A stretch of 64,000 nucleotides of DNA from Vicugna vicugna (Eukaryota). The position numbers and the translations under genes are program-made. The notes beneath the pieces are model-generated. The model worked only from the letters and a program-made list of their open reading frames with translations, searched no databases and was not told the origin of the DNA. The DNA lies in NCBI GenBank assembly GCA_013265495.1, contig MU058009.1, forward strand, positions 3,243,780 to 3,307,779, written 5' to 3'. Below are positions 23,601-36,770 of this stretch, in pieces. The stretch's first letter is position 1. Each line of letters opens with the position of its first letter.

Positions 23601-24109
23601 GAAGGAAAAAGTGGTGAGTTTGTATCCATTCTCTGTTGGACTCTGCTGGCCTTGACGTCCACGGCAGTCTTTATGGGTAATTTGCATTCCTTTGATTCCC
23701 AGTGAACTGTGAGCACGGTTGAGCAGCTTCCATGGGAACTTGGGTGTGTACGTTTCCGGGCACAGTGGAGGGACGAGAGAGGACCAGATGAGATGAAGCA
23801 CGCAGGCTTCAGCCTGAACCACAAGGTCAGTTTGTCCTGAGAGAGTGTGTCACTCATTTGATGTTCCTGGGGACATGTCTTGTCTATTCTTGCCTCTGTG
23901 TCCTTGTACATTGCTCCTCTGTCCCTGGATGGTCCTGGTCCCCACATCTCAGTTCTGATTTCTGCTCCTTGCCTTATGGATTCTAATCCATGAAGACTTT
24001 CAACCTCAACTCAGACTTCTTTCCTCCCCCTCTCCTTTCTCTCCTTCTTTCCTTCCTTTTCTCTTTTTGATTCTTGTCTGTACTGTGAACAATTTGGTCA
24101 TCACATTGT

Positions 24110-24256
24110 TCAGTATAGAGTTTAAATGTGAAAGCATGTTGGCTTTGTAGCAAGATTGTTTGGGTTTCAATCCAAGCTTTACGATTTCCTATCTATATGA
24201 CCATGGGGAAGCTCCTTAACTTCTCTGTGCATCAGTTTCCTCTTCTGTGAATGGGA
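24110..24256 (+). mobile_element. MIR SINE
   Basis: tgaccatggggaagctccttaacttctctgtgcatcagtttcctcttctgtgaatggg. Confidence 0.75.
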
Positions 24257-24261
24257 CTGCC

Positions 24262-25131
24262 ATTTTTTTGATGGTCTCCTTTGCTGAGCGAAAGCTTTTA
24301 AGTTTAACTAGGCTTCATTTATTTATTTTTGCTTTTGTTTCCTTTTCCTTAGGTGAGAGATCCAAAAAAAAAATACTGCTATAATTTATGTTAGAGTCTT
24401 CCTCCTATGTTTTCTTCTGTTAGTTTTATGGTTTCTGGTCTGTAGGTCTTAACCCATTTTGAGTTAATTTTTGAGTATATGGTGTGAGAAAATGTTCTAA
24501 TTTCATTCTTTTACACGCAGCTGTCCGGTTTTCCCATCACCACTTATTGAAGAGATTGTCTTTTCTCCATTGTAATGTTTTTGCCTCCTTTGCAATAGAT
24601 TAGTTGACCATAAGGGCGTGGGTTTATTTCTGGACTTCCTATCCTGCTCCACTGATCTGTGTGTCTGTTTTTATGTAAATACCACACTGTTTTGATTACA
24701 GTAGCTCTGTAGTATAGTCTGAGGCCAGGGAGCATGATTCCTCCAGCTCCGTTTCTCTTCCTCAAGATTGTTTTGGCTATTTGGGGTCTTTTGTATTTCC
24801 ATGCAAATTTTAAAATGATTTGTTTTAGTTCCATTAAAAATGCCATTGGTATTTTGATAGGGATTGCACTGAATCTGTAGAGTGCCTTGAATAGGATGGC
24901 CGTTTTAACAACATTAATCCTTCCGATCTATGAACACATATATCTTTCCATCTGTTTGTGTCATCTTCAGTTTCTTTTGTCAGTGTCTTAAAGTTCTCTG
25001 AGTATGTTTCTTTTACCTCCTTAATTAGATTTATTCCTAGGTATTTTATTATTTTTGGTATGATTTTACATGGGATTGTTTCTTTAATTTCTCTTTCTGA
25101 TAGTTCATTGCTGGTGTATAGAAAAGCAACA
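24262..25131 (-). mobile_element. Relatively young L1 ORF2 internal fragment
   Basis: ORF 24544..24846: [46 protein letters not shown], matching L1 ORF2p. Confidence 0.93.
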
Positions 25132-26820
25132 GTTTCTAATAGGAAAATTCTATTAGCTTTTCAGTATTCATATTGTCAAGGAATTTTCTTGAATGTCAAG
25201 ATTCTAAGGCCAAAATCTTGGGACCAGAGTCCTTATGGTACTAGGAAAGGCTGAGTGCTTAGTCCACAGTGCAGGACACCCAGACACGGTCAGCTGGCAG
25301 TGTCACGTCCTGCTTCACCATCGGGCTGATGTGGAGGTTTCGTATATGAAGGTTCTGAGGTTCCCTCACTTCCTGAGGTTTGTGTTTCTTTCAAAATGTA
25401 TTCATGTTCATCTTAACTCTGTTTTAAAATTCATATAAGCTTGAATCAGAACAGGGATATAACTTTTCAAAAGAAGCTGTCAGGGAGATGCACTTCTATT
25501 GCTTAAAAGGTAAACTTAAGCAATATACAGAAATACCCCGTGTCCAATAGAAACTGCAGGGGCTGGGGGCTGGATTGTTGGTCAGAACAAGAAGCTGGCT
25601 TTCCCTCTGTCCGAAGAAACGTGCATGAGAAGGAACTGTCGTGGTATCACATTATGGTTTGCTTATCTTTTATCCTTGTGAAGTTCGGTTGTGATGGTGA
25701 ACTGAGTCGATTCAGTTCAGTTCAGGTGGATTGGTCTAGCTGCTGGCAGTGCTATGAGGGCAAAGTGAAGAAAGGAGGAGTTAGGAGAGGGTTGTGAGAC
25801 TGTGTTTGCTCAGGGAAGATGGAAACACCCAAGGGAAGCAGGGAAATCAGATTCCTGGGGTTGATAGGATTAACAGAGGAAGTATTTTATACATGTCAGA
25901 TAGTTACATAAATTTGTATTAGAGATTAAAGCCCAAAAGATCTGTGGGTGAAAAAATTATGAAAAAGTATGAAAGGTTAAGACAGATTGGAACAGAATTT
26001 TTGGGTGGACCCAAGATGTCTTCTGTAATGAGTAGCACATTGAACTGTAGATGAGGGTAAAGTGATTTGTTGGTATGTGATTGATATTATTGATATCTGA
26101 ATGCAGTCAGAATTTTGTAATAAAGAGACTCATGGCAGACCTTAGATTATAAGAAAGAATTATAGCCCATGGTTAAAAGTTTATGTTCTTTTCCCTGCTT
26201 AGTTGGAAATGGAAACTTAGCAAGCGGCTAATTAGAGCAGTGGATCCCTGCTGTCTACTTGGTACGGATATCTTAGAATTCTTGAGGCAAGATGAGATTT
26301 CCCATGGGAGTGGGTAGATCTTTATTCATTTTATCAGGATGCTGGGAGATGAGAGAAGTATCTGAAGGCAATACTCACCGATGGCCTGTCCTGCCCTCTC
26401 CCTTCACACGCGACTGGCCATCCTCACTGTCTTTCAGAATTCCATCCCAGCCTTCCATCACCTGGGTCTCAGCATGCTTAGGAAAGGTGCAAGAATTAAA
26501 GGCTCCAGAGAAGAAAGACTGCAGAGAGAAAACTGATGAAAATGCTGAAAATTCAGAATTGTGCATCTGTCCATGGAGGGAGGGGCTTTTAACTGAGGTA
26601 TACAGATTTAGCTCAACTGAAGAAATTATTCAACTCAAGCCTGCAGGGAAAACCAGGAGTAGATTAAGCAATGATTGATAAATTAAGTGGGTAATTATTT
26701 CTATTTTTTAAAAAGTTTTGCTTTAATTGCATTTCCCTTGAAATAGGTAAGGAGTCTTCTGCAGAGTTCAGAAACGTCATTCAATGTTTGGCAATATAGT
26801 AAAGAATCTACAAGATGTAG

Positions 26821-26922
26821 TGGGGAGGGTGTAGCTCAGTGATAGAGCATGGACAAGGTCGTGGGTTCAGTCCCTAGTATTGCCACTTCTAAAGAAAAAT
26901 AAATAAATCCTAATTTAAAAAA
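26821..26922 (+). mobile_element. tRNA-derived SINE (Vic-1-like) with a perfect 16-bp TSD
   Basis: ggggagggtgtagctcagtgatagagc...gggttcagtccc plus A-tail. TSD aatctacaagatgtag at 26805-26820 and 26923-26938. Confidence 0.93.
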
Positions 26923-27289
26923 AATCTACAAGATGTAGCTTGTACTGTGAAAGGATGGAGAGTCCCAAGAGGAAGGGAGCCTGGCCCACAAGCTTGACCT
27001 GCTCTCGAAAGAGAGCCTCGGGGTCTGAAAGGAGAGTGACTCTGAGTTCAATGCAGTGCCTGCCCCATGGATTTGTAGGCGCACAGAGCACGCCTCTGCA
27101 CCCTGGGTTCCTGCTCAGGTCCTTAGAAGGGAAGTGAATGTGCAGAAGTAAGACACAGAAAGGGCTGTCCCGCTCCCAGGTCCTTGTGGCTCTGAAGCAC
27201 TGGGCATGGCATTGCTGTCACGCTGGCCAAGTCCACTCCAGGCTAGCAGTAGTGGCTCTTACCTCATAGCCTCAGACCATGTTGCAGCA

Positions 27290-30200
27290 TTGATTTTTTA
27301 ACAACGTCATTGAGATATAATGGACAAAATAAGGTGTACATTTCACTTTGAGAACATTTTACATGTCTTAGATGTAATGCACATATGTGTGTCTATAAAG
27401 GTGAAATCATCACCTCGGTAAAGATGAGGAACAGATCCATCACCCCAAAACTTTCCTTATGCCCCCTTGTAATCCCATTCTCAAAAACCTCCCAGACCTC
27501 CTTATCCTCAGGCAACCACTAATCTGCTTCCTGTAAACACAGGTGAGTTTGTATATCCTAGAAATTTCTAGAAATAGAATAATGCAATTTCTTCTGGACT
27601 TTTACAAACTTAGCATAACTATTCTGAGAGTCATTCATGTTGTTGCATGTATCATGTATCAGAAATGCTTTCCTTTTCATTCAGTTGCATGGATACACTA
27701 CAGTTGGCTTACCTACTTACCTGCTTCCGGCCATGTGGGTTGTTTGTTGATTTTGGCTGTTACAAACAAAGCTAGTATAAACATTCACGTGCAAATCTTT
27801 GTATGAGCATGTGCTTTCATATCTTTCAGATACGTAACTAGGAGTTAATGTTTATTTATTCCTTAAATGTTTGATAGAGTTCTTCAGCGAAGTCATCTGG
27901 GTCTCTAGGAGGAAGGTTTGTAGAAAGACTTATAACTATACATTCAATCCCTTAATAGATGTAGGGCCACTCTGGCTCTCTATTTTTTTCTTCAGTGAGC
28001 TTTGATAGTTTTTGTCTTTGAAGGAATTTTTCCAGTTTATCTAGGTTGTTGAATATATTTACATAAAGTTATTTGTAATATTGCCTTATAATCACGTTGA
28101 TATGCGTGGAATCTGACTGGTCTTTTCAATGAATAAGCTTTTGATTTCATTGTTTTTCTCTATTGCTTTTCTGTTTTCTATTTCACTGATTTTCATTCTG
28201 ATCTTTATCATTTTCTTTCTTCTGTTTCCTTGAGGATTATTTGTTCTCCTTTTTCTTAAGGTAGAAGCTGAAGTCACTGATTTGAGACTTTTTCTTTTCT
28301 GAGATGGATATTTAGGGCTGTAGATTGCCCTCTTACTAATGTGTGTGTTGCAATATACCATATATATATACACACTACCTATGATTTTCAGTTCAAAATA
28401 CTTTCTGATTTTGCTGTTGATTCCTTCCTTGATCAATGTGCTACTTGGCACTGTGTTACTAGCTTCCAAATATTTGGGGATTTTTCCTTATATCCTTCTG
28501 CAGTTTGTTTCTAACTTAATTTCATTGTGGTCAGAGAACATGTTTTGTGTGATATGAATACTTTTAAATCTATTGTATTATGGCCCAGATTGCAGTCTGC
28601 CTTGGTACGAGCTCTGCATGCACTTGGAAAGAATGTGTATTCGGCTGTTGCTGGGTGAGGTGTTCTGTAAAGGTCGATTAGATCAGATTGGTTGGCAGAG
28701 CTGTTCATGTCTTCTCCACCTGCACTTGGTTTTGGTCTAGTTGTTCTATCACTTATTGAGAGAGCAACACTGGTACCTCCGAGTATAAGTGTGGATTTAT
28801 CGATTCATCTTTCTGTTCTCTATGCTTTTTTCATTATATGTTTTGAAAAAATTTTAGGTGCATAAACTCTTAGGATTTTTATATCCTCTTGATAAATGCA
28901 CCCATTTATCATTATGCAATGAGCTCTCTATTTCTGGTAATATTGTTTCCTCTGAAATTAACTTTGTCCTGGGTTACTGTTGACACTCCAGCTTTCATTT
29001 GATTAATGTTATATCTTTTCCTATCCTTTTAGTTTTCATCTTTTTTTTCTTTTTAAAAGAGGGTTTTTTTTTTGTAGACAGTATAATAGTCTGTTTCTTG
29101 TCTTTATTTTTATTCAATCTGAGGAACCTTACCTTTTAATTTAGGTATTTAGACAACTTACATTTAATGTAATTATTGATGTGGCTAGATTTAAATCTGC
29201 TTCTTACTATTTGATTTCTGTTTGTCCTATCTATTGTTTGTTCCCTTTTTTTCTGCCTTCCTTTGGATTGACTATTTATTGTAATTCCATTTTACATCTT
29301 TGGTACTTATTAGCCATATATCTTTGTTGTGTTATTTTAGTTGCATTATATTATGAATCTCTCGCTTGTCGTGGTCTACTTTCTAACAATAACGTATTAT
29401 ATGTATAGTTTAAGAATCTTACAACAGTGTCTTTCCGTTTCTCTCCTTTTAGCCTTTGTGCTAATTTTGACATACTTTGTACTTCTATATATGTTATAAA
29501 ACCCGTAATCCATTGCTATTATTTTTGCTTTAAACAGAATATTATCTTCCAAAGGCATTTAAATAGTAGGAAAATTATCTTAACATCTACCTATATAGTT
29601 TCCATTTTTGGTGCTCTTTGTGTGCCTTGGGACTATCACTTGGATTTTTTTTTAACTTTTTTGATTGAAACAATTTCTTTAATTTTTCTTATAGAGCATA
29701 TCTTCTGGTAATTAATTCTTTCAGAATTTTTATGCCTAAAATAGTTCTTATTTCACATCCATTGTGAAAGATGTTGTCACCGGGTAAAGAAATGTAGGCT
29801 CACAGCTTTTTTTTCCTTTCAGTACTTTCAAGTGCTTCTGACTTGTGTTGTTTCTGATGAATAATCTGCTGTCGTCCTTATGACATATGTTCTTTTGTAT
29901 GTAACGGCTTGATTTTCCGTTTATCCTCGGTTTTGAGAAATTTGTCATGGTGTAGTTTTATTCACATTTCTTGTGCTGGAGATTTGTTGAGATTCCTGGA
30001 GGAGAGGGGTTATAGTTTTCATAAAATTTGGATAATGTGTAATCCTTATTTCTTTAAATATTTTTCCTGTGCCTCCCATCTCTTACCTAACTCTGTCTCC
30101 TTAGTTCAAGGAGGGTGCCCATCTCTGCTGGGGTTCCTTCTCCTGAGAGCCTCTCCAGGCAGTAGATTGGGGTGAGAATAATAAGACTGTTTATTTCTCA

Positions 30201-30340
30201 TCAATCAGCAATCACTGTCCCTTAATGCCTGATATCTAGTGTCTTCAGGATCATTATTTCATATACCTGCCTTGAGTTTTAGTTGTTTTAGATGGGAGGT
30301 TATATCCGGTTCCTATTACTTCTTTTTGGCTCAGTGTCCA
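27290..30340 (-). mobile_element. Old L1 remnants (3'UTR, ORF2 endonuclease region, ORF1) with large internal deletions
   Basis: 3'UTR at about 27290-27845. NQSDLIDLYRTPHPATAEYTFFPSA (endonuclease) in ORF 28511..28708. LKVLKGKKSCEPTFLYP (ORF1 C-terminus) in ORF 29748..29948. Confidence 0.85.
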
Positions 30341-30429
30341 CGTTTTGAGTGTTCTGGGATGTAAGTAAAAGTCCAGGGCAAAAGGCTCCCCTGCTGGGAT
30401 GTGTCATGTCTCAGAATCACAGAGTATGC

Positions 30430-30728
30430 TGCTCCCTCTGCAGAGAACATTCCTCCACGTGCTGTTCACCTAGTTAACGCCGGTTGATCCTCTTAGTCTG
30501 ATCTACACGTGACTTTGTTCAGAAGCCTGTTCTAGGAGCATCTGTCCTTTTTTAACTGCCCCTTTTAGATGATTCTATGATATTCTGTACTTGAAGCCAC
30601 ACTCGTTCACAGTTATAATTTTTCTCCTTGTCTATCTGCACTATACACTTTACGAGGACAGAGACATAGCTGTCTTATGTCCTGGATTGAAGTAGGTGTT
30701 TAATAAATGTTTATTTGACCAATAAATA
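30430..30728 (+). mobile_element. L2 3' fragment
   Basis: gaggacagagacatagctgtctt...agtaggtgtttaataaatgtttatt. Confidence 0.6.
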
Positions 30729-31444
30729 AGAGCAGATGAAAGCAGTTGTGTATGGCAGGATCAGTGGTACCTGGTGGGTGACGGGTACTCAGAATAAACT
30801 TCCATCGTGGCCGGTGTGAACCACATGGCAGCTGACTAATGTATTAGCTTATGTGAGATACGCACCAAAAATTCCAGAAATACTTCACAGCTGGGGACAA
30901 GGGAAATTCTATAGAGTAATAAGGTCTCTCATGGATAGATTGGTGGGGCAGGGGAAGTCAGTAAAATCTAGGCTCTCACCGTGGTGATTTTATCTGTACA
31001 GGCTGGTGTGAATGGGGATATACTATGCATATGGTATCATTTTGTCGTAATACATCACTATATACTATGCTATCAGGTATCACAACATGTAATGTTATAC
31101 AGGAGAAATACGTACTTTCGTTTGTTTGTTGCTTGTTTTACCCTCCCTGACATGAGCTGCATGAAGTCAGGGGCTTGCTTTGCTATGTTCTCTGCCCTAT
31201 CCCTGATTCTAGAGCAATATTTTTCGTATTGTAGCTCAATGAATATTGGTTAAACACATGAATGAGGTATTTTTATATGACTCTATTTTAATTCTGGTTG
31301 AGTAGTATGCTAAACTACTATTTTTTCTTTTCTGTTTACTTTCTTAAGCACAATTAAGTGGAAATCAAACTACGTTCTCTCTTCATTTTATTATGCCTAC
31401 AGGGAGTCTGGCAACTGAGATGAAAATGGCTTAACTAAGGCTCC

Positions 31445-31466
31445 AGTGTCCACCTGGTGGCAGCTT
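31445..31466. promoter_or_regulatory. Candidate CTCF site
   Basis: agtgtccacctggtggcagc is one mismatch from the CCACCAGGTGGCAG core and lies in sequence where no repeat was recognised. Confidence 0.45.
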
Positions 31467-31969
31467 CACTTAATCACAGTCAAATTACCTCGGAGGAAAT
31501 GAGCTGCTTTCCAAGAGCCGAGCCTGGCAGCACAAGCGTGCGGATGCCCGAGGGTGCCCGCGTGTCTGCGCCGTGCCTGGCTCTTGAGACCAGGGCAGCA
31601 CCACGTTGATCAGTAGGGGACATCATTAAGGCTATGATTAAACTGCCCTGCAAGGCAGAAAAGTATCCTTCTGAGAGAAGGCCAGAGCCCTGCCAAAAAC
31701 ATCACGGCTTTGTTATTCATTACAAACTCTGATGATTTCCCTTCCCAAGTCAAAAACATTCATAGGGCGTGTTGCTGCCCCAGCACGCATGCTGGCAGGA
31801 TGGAGACCAGGATGCCCAGGGTTGGGTGTGACAGCAGTCTGTGGACAGGCTTTGTGTGTGCCCAAGAGGGAGAGTTCTAGGGGCCAGCCCGGGTCAAGTC
31901 CAGGGTAGGGTGCTCAGAAGGGAGAGTTGGGAGATGACTGTGGGAGCATCAGAGATGTGGCCAAAAAGG

Positions 31970-32308
31970 TGTTGTTGACCTGAAGCAGGTAGACCCCCAG
32001 GTATTTCTTCAGTGAAGATGGGTTTCTTCAAGATCAGTACAGAATTGCAGTTGGGGGTCTGCAGCCATGGCGGGCCATGTGCACATCCCCACATGGGGAG
32101 GGAAGGAGAGCCCTTTTATGGAGGGGAAGGGAAGTGGGCAGGGCTGGAGTCGGCAAGGGGTCCGTGGCTTTTCATTGGCTGAGCCTTTGCTGAGAAGAAG
32201 GGGTCTGTCTTCCTGTTGGGCTCTGCTGTAGTCACAGGGCAAGAGAGCTCCCCCTGCTGGTCTCCCGACTCTATTTAATTGAGGTTTCTGCTTATTAATT
32301 TTTTATCA
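31970..32308 (-). mobile_element. ERV1-type solo LTR
   Basis: On minus: starts TGATAAAAAATTAAT, has AGCCAATG (CCAAT) and CCATAAAAGG (TATA-like), and ends GTCAACA. About 340 bp with TG...CA termini. Confidence 0.7.
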
Positions 32309-32629
32309 AGGAAAGCTGAAGATGAGTAATTTGGGGGCAGTACATGTGGCACAGGTGATGAGGGCAGAGCAAATAGTTTTCAGGGTCATTGGACTTGGAT
32401 TAGTAGGATGGTATCTTTCCTCAGAGCCGCTTGTAATGAGAAGCTAAGCTGGTGCACCACCTGCCCTCTCCCTCCACCACCTGCCCTCTCCCTCCACAGC
32501 TATTTTGGTAACAGAGTGAGTTCCAGATGCAAAAGGCTTGGCTCTGTCTAGATATCGGATTTGATGGGCCTAATAGGGCAAAGCCGAAAAAAAAAAATCA
32601 AACTCCAGTGTTGTTCTTTATCCACTGTT

Positions 32630-33030
32630 GCTGTCCAGGTTCAGTGCGTGAAACAGAAACCACTCTGGGTATCTTAAGTAGGAAGGGACTTAATGTGGGA
32701 AATCAGGTGCTTCCTAATAATTGGAATGGCTGCAGGATGGAGTCAAGGGTTGAAGTCACTGAGCTTGAGGGCACAACATCAGAGCTGCAATCTGGGATCA
32801 GAAAGCCACTGTCTTTGCCACAAGTACCTCCTGACAGCCATGAGGCTGGGGCTTGGGCACTGCGTTGCCAAGTCGGGCTGCCACCCTTGGGTCCTCATTC
32901 TCAGATGTTCAGGACTTTACACCTGCCGGCACAAACAGCACAGGAAAGACGGCCTCTGCTCACTTCCATCCTCTAAGTGGAACCTCAGTTGGATGCAGAG
33001 TCCGAGAAGTTAGGGAATGTGGGATTTCAT
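32630..33030 (-). mobile_element. Ancient MaLR-like LTR fragment
   Basis: gaaacagaaaccactctgggtatcttaagtaggaagggacttaat resembles the ends of old MLT1 subfamilies. Confidence 0.45.
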
Positions 33031-33844
33031 TTTTATTTTTAGTATTCATTTCTTTCTAGCAAGGCCAGGACCAGGGTGAAGCAGGGAGGCACCCCCGGAG
33101 CTTGAAATTTACAGAGGCGCTCACTCTCCGGGTCAGGCCGGTGCAGGTGTTAACCTCGTAGTAATATCGTGATGATTAAATACGGTAAATCTTTCCCAGA
33201 ATGTAGTGTCGTTTTAATACGTAGTGTCCTCGCACTAATTGCTAGATCAGTAGTTTTTAGCTGTAGGTAGGAAGGGAAAATGGCATCACTTTCTCTACTC
33301 CCATGCATTTTCTCCAAAGAATCCTTTCCTCTGATGAATGTCTAGCCTTCTGTTACATAGGCTGGTAAGTCAATCTGGCCACGGCTTGGTAAGTCGTGCC
33401 GTTTGTGGGTAGCACCTGCCCGGAATGTGTGGAATGTATGGGCCTCTACTGCCTTTATCCTAAGCTTTGAGCCTTTAGCAACAAGGAAAGACTTTTTTTT
33501 TTTTTTTTATAGAAACCCATGGGAATGATACCACAAAGCTATGATCATTGCTATCTTATGTAAATACAGAAAATATTTTAAAATGGAGAAGCAGTGGGAA
33601 GAGCATTAGGCTCTTAAGGAAGACAGAAAAGAAGAGGGAAAAGAGATTTAAAATTAGAAGCTGAGTTAATGGCTACCTGGGTCTAGTCACAGGTATGTGA
33701 CCTTAGGAAACTTGCCTCATCTTTTGGGATTTCATTTCACTTTGGGGTTCCATGAAGTGATGATGTAGACTAGCCATGTGATGCCGAACTGTTGTAAGAG
33801 TGTAAACATCTTTGTCTTCTCTTACCCCCCAAAACATAGCTAAA

Positions 33845-36770
33845 GAGAAAGTCTACCTCACACCACACACACAAATTGATTCAAGGTAAATTTCAGCTCT
33901 GAATTCAAAAGGTAAAATAATAGACTTTGAGAGGTTACCATAGGAAAATGTTTTATCCTTGGACCAGACAAAAAGATTTTTAGAAGAGCACAAAAATAAT
34001 TTACTTTAGAGGAAACAGTTGGTAAGTTGGACTGCAGTGAAATTAAGAACTTCTGGTCATCAAAAGATACCTTCAAGGGAGTCGAAGATACGTGAAATTT
34101 ACAGTCCCCACCAAGGAGCTTGTATCTGGAATCTATCACTCTGTCTATATGAAGCTCCCACAAAGCAACAACAACAAAAGCCAGATGTCCAATGGAAAAA
34201 GGAGCCACATTCCTGACCAGGTCCGCAACAAGTGGCCATAAAATGTATGAAAAGAAGCTTCAACCTCAGTAATCATCATGAAATGCAAATTAAAATCATA
34301 GTGAGATACCAGGATACAACTGCCAGACTTGCAAAAATTAAAAAGACAGAAACACTAAGGGTTAGATGTAGAGCAGTGGACATGTTCATACACTGTTGGA
34401 CCCTGCAAATTTATAAACCACCTTTCTCCCCCAGAAATCATCTATTTTACTTTAAAATTTTATTTCATTTCATTTATTTAATTCATTTTCCAGCTTTATT
34501 GAGATACAGTTGACATATAGCATTGTGTAAGTTTAAGTGTACAACGTGATGGTGGATATGTTTATATTGTGAAATGATTACCACAGTAAAGTTAGTTAAC
34601 ACCTTCATCACCTCACATGATTACCGTGTGTGTGTGTGTGTGTGTTTATATATGTGGTGAGATCACTTAAGATTTCCTCTCTTAGCAGCTTTCAAGTATA
34701 TAAAACAGTATTGTTAACTGTAGTCACTGTGCTGTGCATTAACCCCAAAACTGACTGACTTTATAACTCAAAGTTAGTACACTTTGACAAACATCCCCCA
34801 TTTCCCCACCCCCCAGCTGCTGTCAAATGCCATTCTATTCTGTTTTTACTAGTTCAGCTTTTTTAGATTTCACATATAAGTGAGATCATACAACATTTGA
34901 CTTTTTTTTATCTGACTTATTTCACTTAGCATAATGCCCTCAAGGTCCATCCATGTTGTTGCAAAAGGCAGACTTTCTTTTTTAATGGCTGAATACTATT
35001 CCACTGGGTATGTGTGAATGTTTTCTTTATCCAGCCATCTGTTGATGGACACTTGGGTTGTGTCCATGTCTTGGCTATTGTGAACAGTGCTGTGATAACA
35101 ACGTGGAGGTGCAGAAATTGCTTCAAGATCATGATTTCATTTCTTTCAGATGTACACCTAGAAGTGGAATTGTTGGATTAATTGGTAAAAATTGTTATAT
35201 TTTTTATTTTTTTTGAGGAACCTCCATACTGTTTTCCATAGTGGCTGCACCAATTTACATTCTCACCAACAGTGCACAAGGGTTCTCTTTTCGGTACATC
35301 CTTGCCAAGATGTGTTATCTCTACTTGTTTTTGATAATAGGGGTTCTGACAGGTGTGTGGTGATATCTCATTGTGGTTTTGATTGACTGGCATTTCCCTG
35401 GGGGTTAGTGATGTTGAGTTTGTTGGCCATCTGTATATCTTCTTTGGGAAAATATCTACTCAGGTTTTCTGCCCATTTTTGCATCAGACTTTTTCAAACT
35501 TCTTTTTTTTTGCTATTGATTTATATGAGTTCTTTATATATTTTGGATACTAACCCTTTATCAGAAGTGTGATTTGCAGATTTTCTCCCATCCTGTGAGT
35601 TGCTTTTTAATTTTATCGATTGTTTCCTTTGCTGTGTGGAAGCTTTTTAGCTTCATGTAGTCCCGCTTGTTAACTTTTGCTTTTGCTGTTTGTGCTTTTG
35701 ATGCTATAGCCAGAAAATTGCTGTGAAGACTCATGGCAAGGAGCTCTCTCCCTGTGTTTTCTTCTAAGAGGTTTTATGGTTTCAGGTCTTACATTTAAGT
35801 CTTTAATCCACTCTGGGTTAACTTTTGTGAGTGGTGTAAAGCAGAAGTTCATTTTCATTCTTTTGCATAAGAATATCCAGGTTTCCCAGCATCGTTTATT
35901 GAAGAGACTATGCTTTCCCCATTGGGTGTTCTTGGCTCCCTTGTTAAGTATTAGTTGACCATATAGGTGTGGATTTATTTCTCGGCTTTGACTCAGTTCC
36001 ATTGGCTTATGTGTCTGTTTTTATGCCAGTACCATGTTGTTTTTATTATTATAGCTGTGTAATAAAGTTTGAAATAAGGAAGTGTAGTGCCTCCAGCTTT
36101 GTTCTTTTTCTCAAGATTACTTTGGCTATTCAGGGTCTTTTGTGGTTCTATATGAATTTTAGGATTGTTTCTTCTATTTCTTTGCAAGATGCCATTGGAA
36201 TTTTGATAGGGACTGCATCGAATCTGTAGATGGCTTTGAATAGTCATACAACCACTTTGAAAAATTATTTGTCATTATCCACAGATGTCAAATACATACA
36301 TCCCATAACCACCAAATTCTTGCATAATAAAATATGTGTAGAGAAAAGTCATAATTGCCCTTGTAACAGTTAAAAGAACAGACAAAACCGAAGTATCTGC
36401 TGAAAATAAATACATACGATATGTTCGTATAATACGATTTTACTGTCTATGAAAATGAACTACGATTGCACATAATAAAATATATAAATCTTACAGTTTT
36501 ATCAAGAGAATCCAGTCCTGCAAGGATCCTTTCTGTATTATTTCATTTATGTAAAGTTAAAAAATAGGCGGTGTGAATTCATGGTATCAGAACAGCCCTT
36601 CCCTTTGGGGAGGAGGACAGGATAGCAGTGAGGAGTGGGCATGAGGGGGCTTCTGGGTGCTTGGTCTTGGGATGCTCACATGAATGTGTTCTCTTTATAA
36701 CACTTCCTCAAGGCTTTTCTGTATGTTTGTTATATTTCAGCAAAAATTTCAAAAAAAAAAACAAAGAAAA
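33845..36770 (+). mobile_element. Old L1 3' region (about 33845-34425 and 36246-36770), split by a younger antisense L1
   Basis: aattaagaacttctggtcatcaaaagatacc; gaaatgcaaattaaaatcatagtgagatacc. Resumes at accactttgaaaaattatttg and ends in an A-rich tail. Confidence 0.7.
34445..36245 (-). mobile_element. L1MA-type element, 5'-truncated (~1.8 kb)
   Basis: T-rich tail, then ccagctttattgagatacagttgacat. ORF2 frames: [29 protein letters not shown] and [36 protein letters not shown]. Confidence 0.92.

Noticed and set aside
32455..32497. 20-bp tandem duplication caccacctgccctctccctc x2
   Set aside because: Real, but an ordinary slippage duplication with no sign of function.
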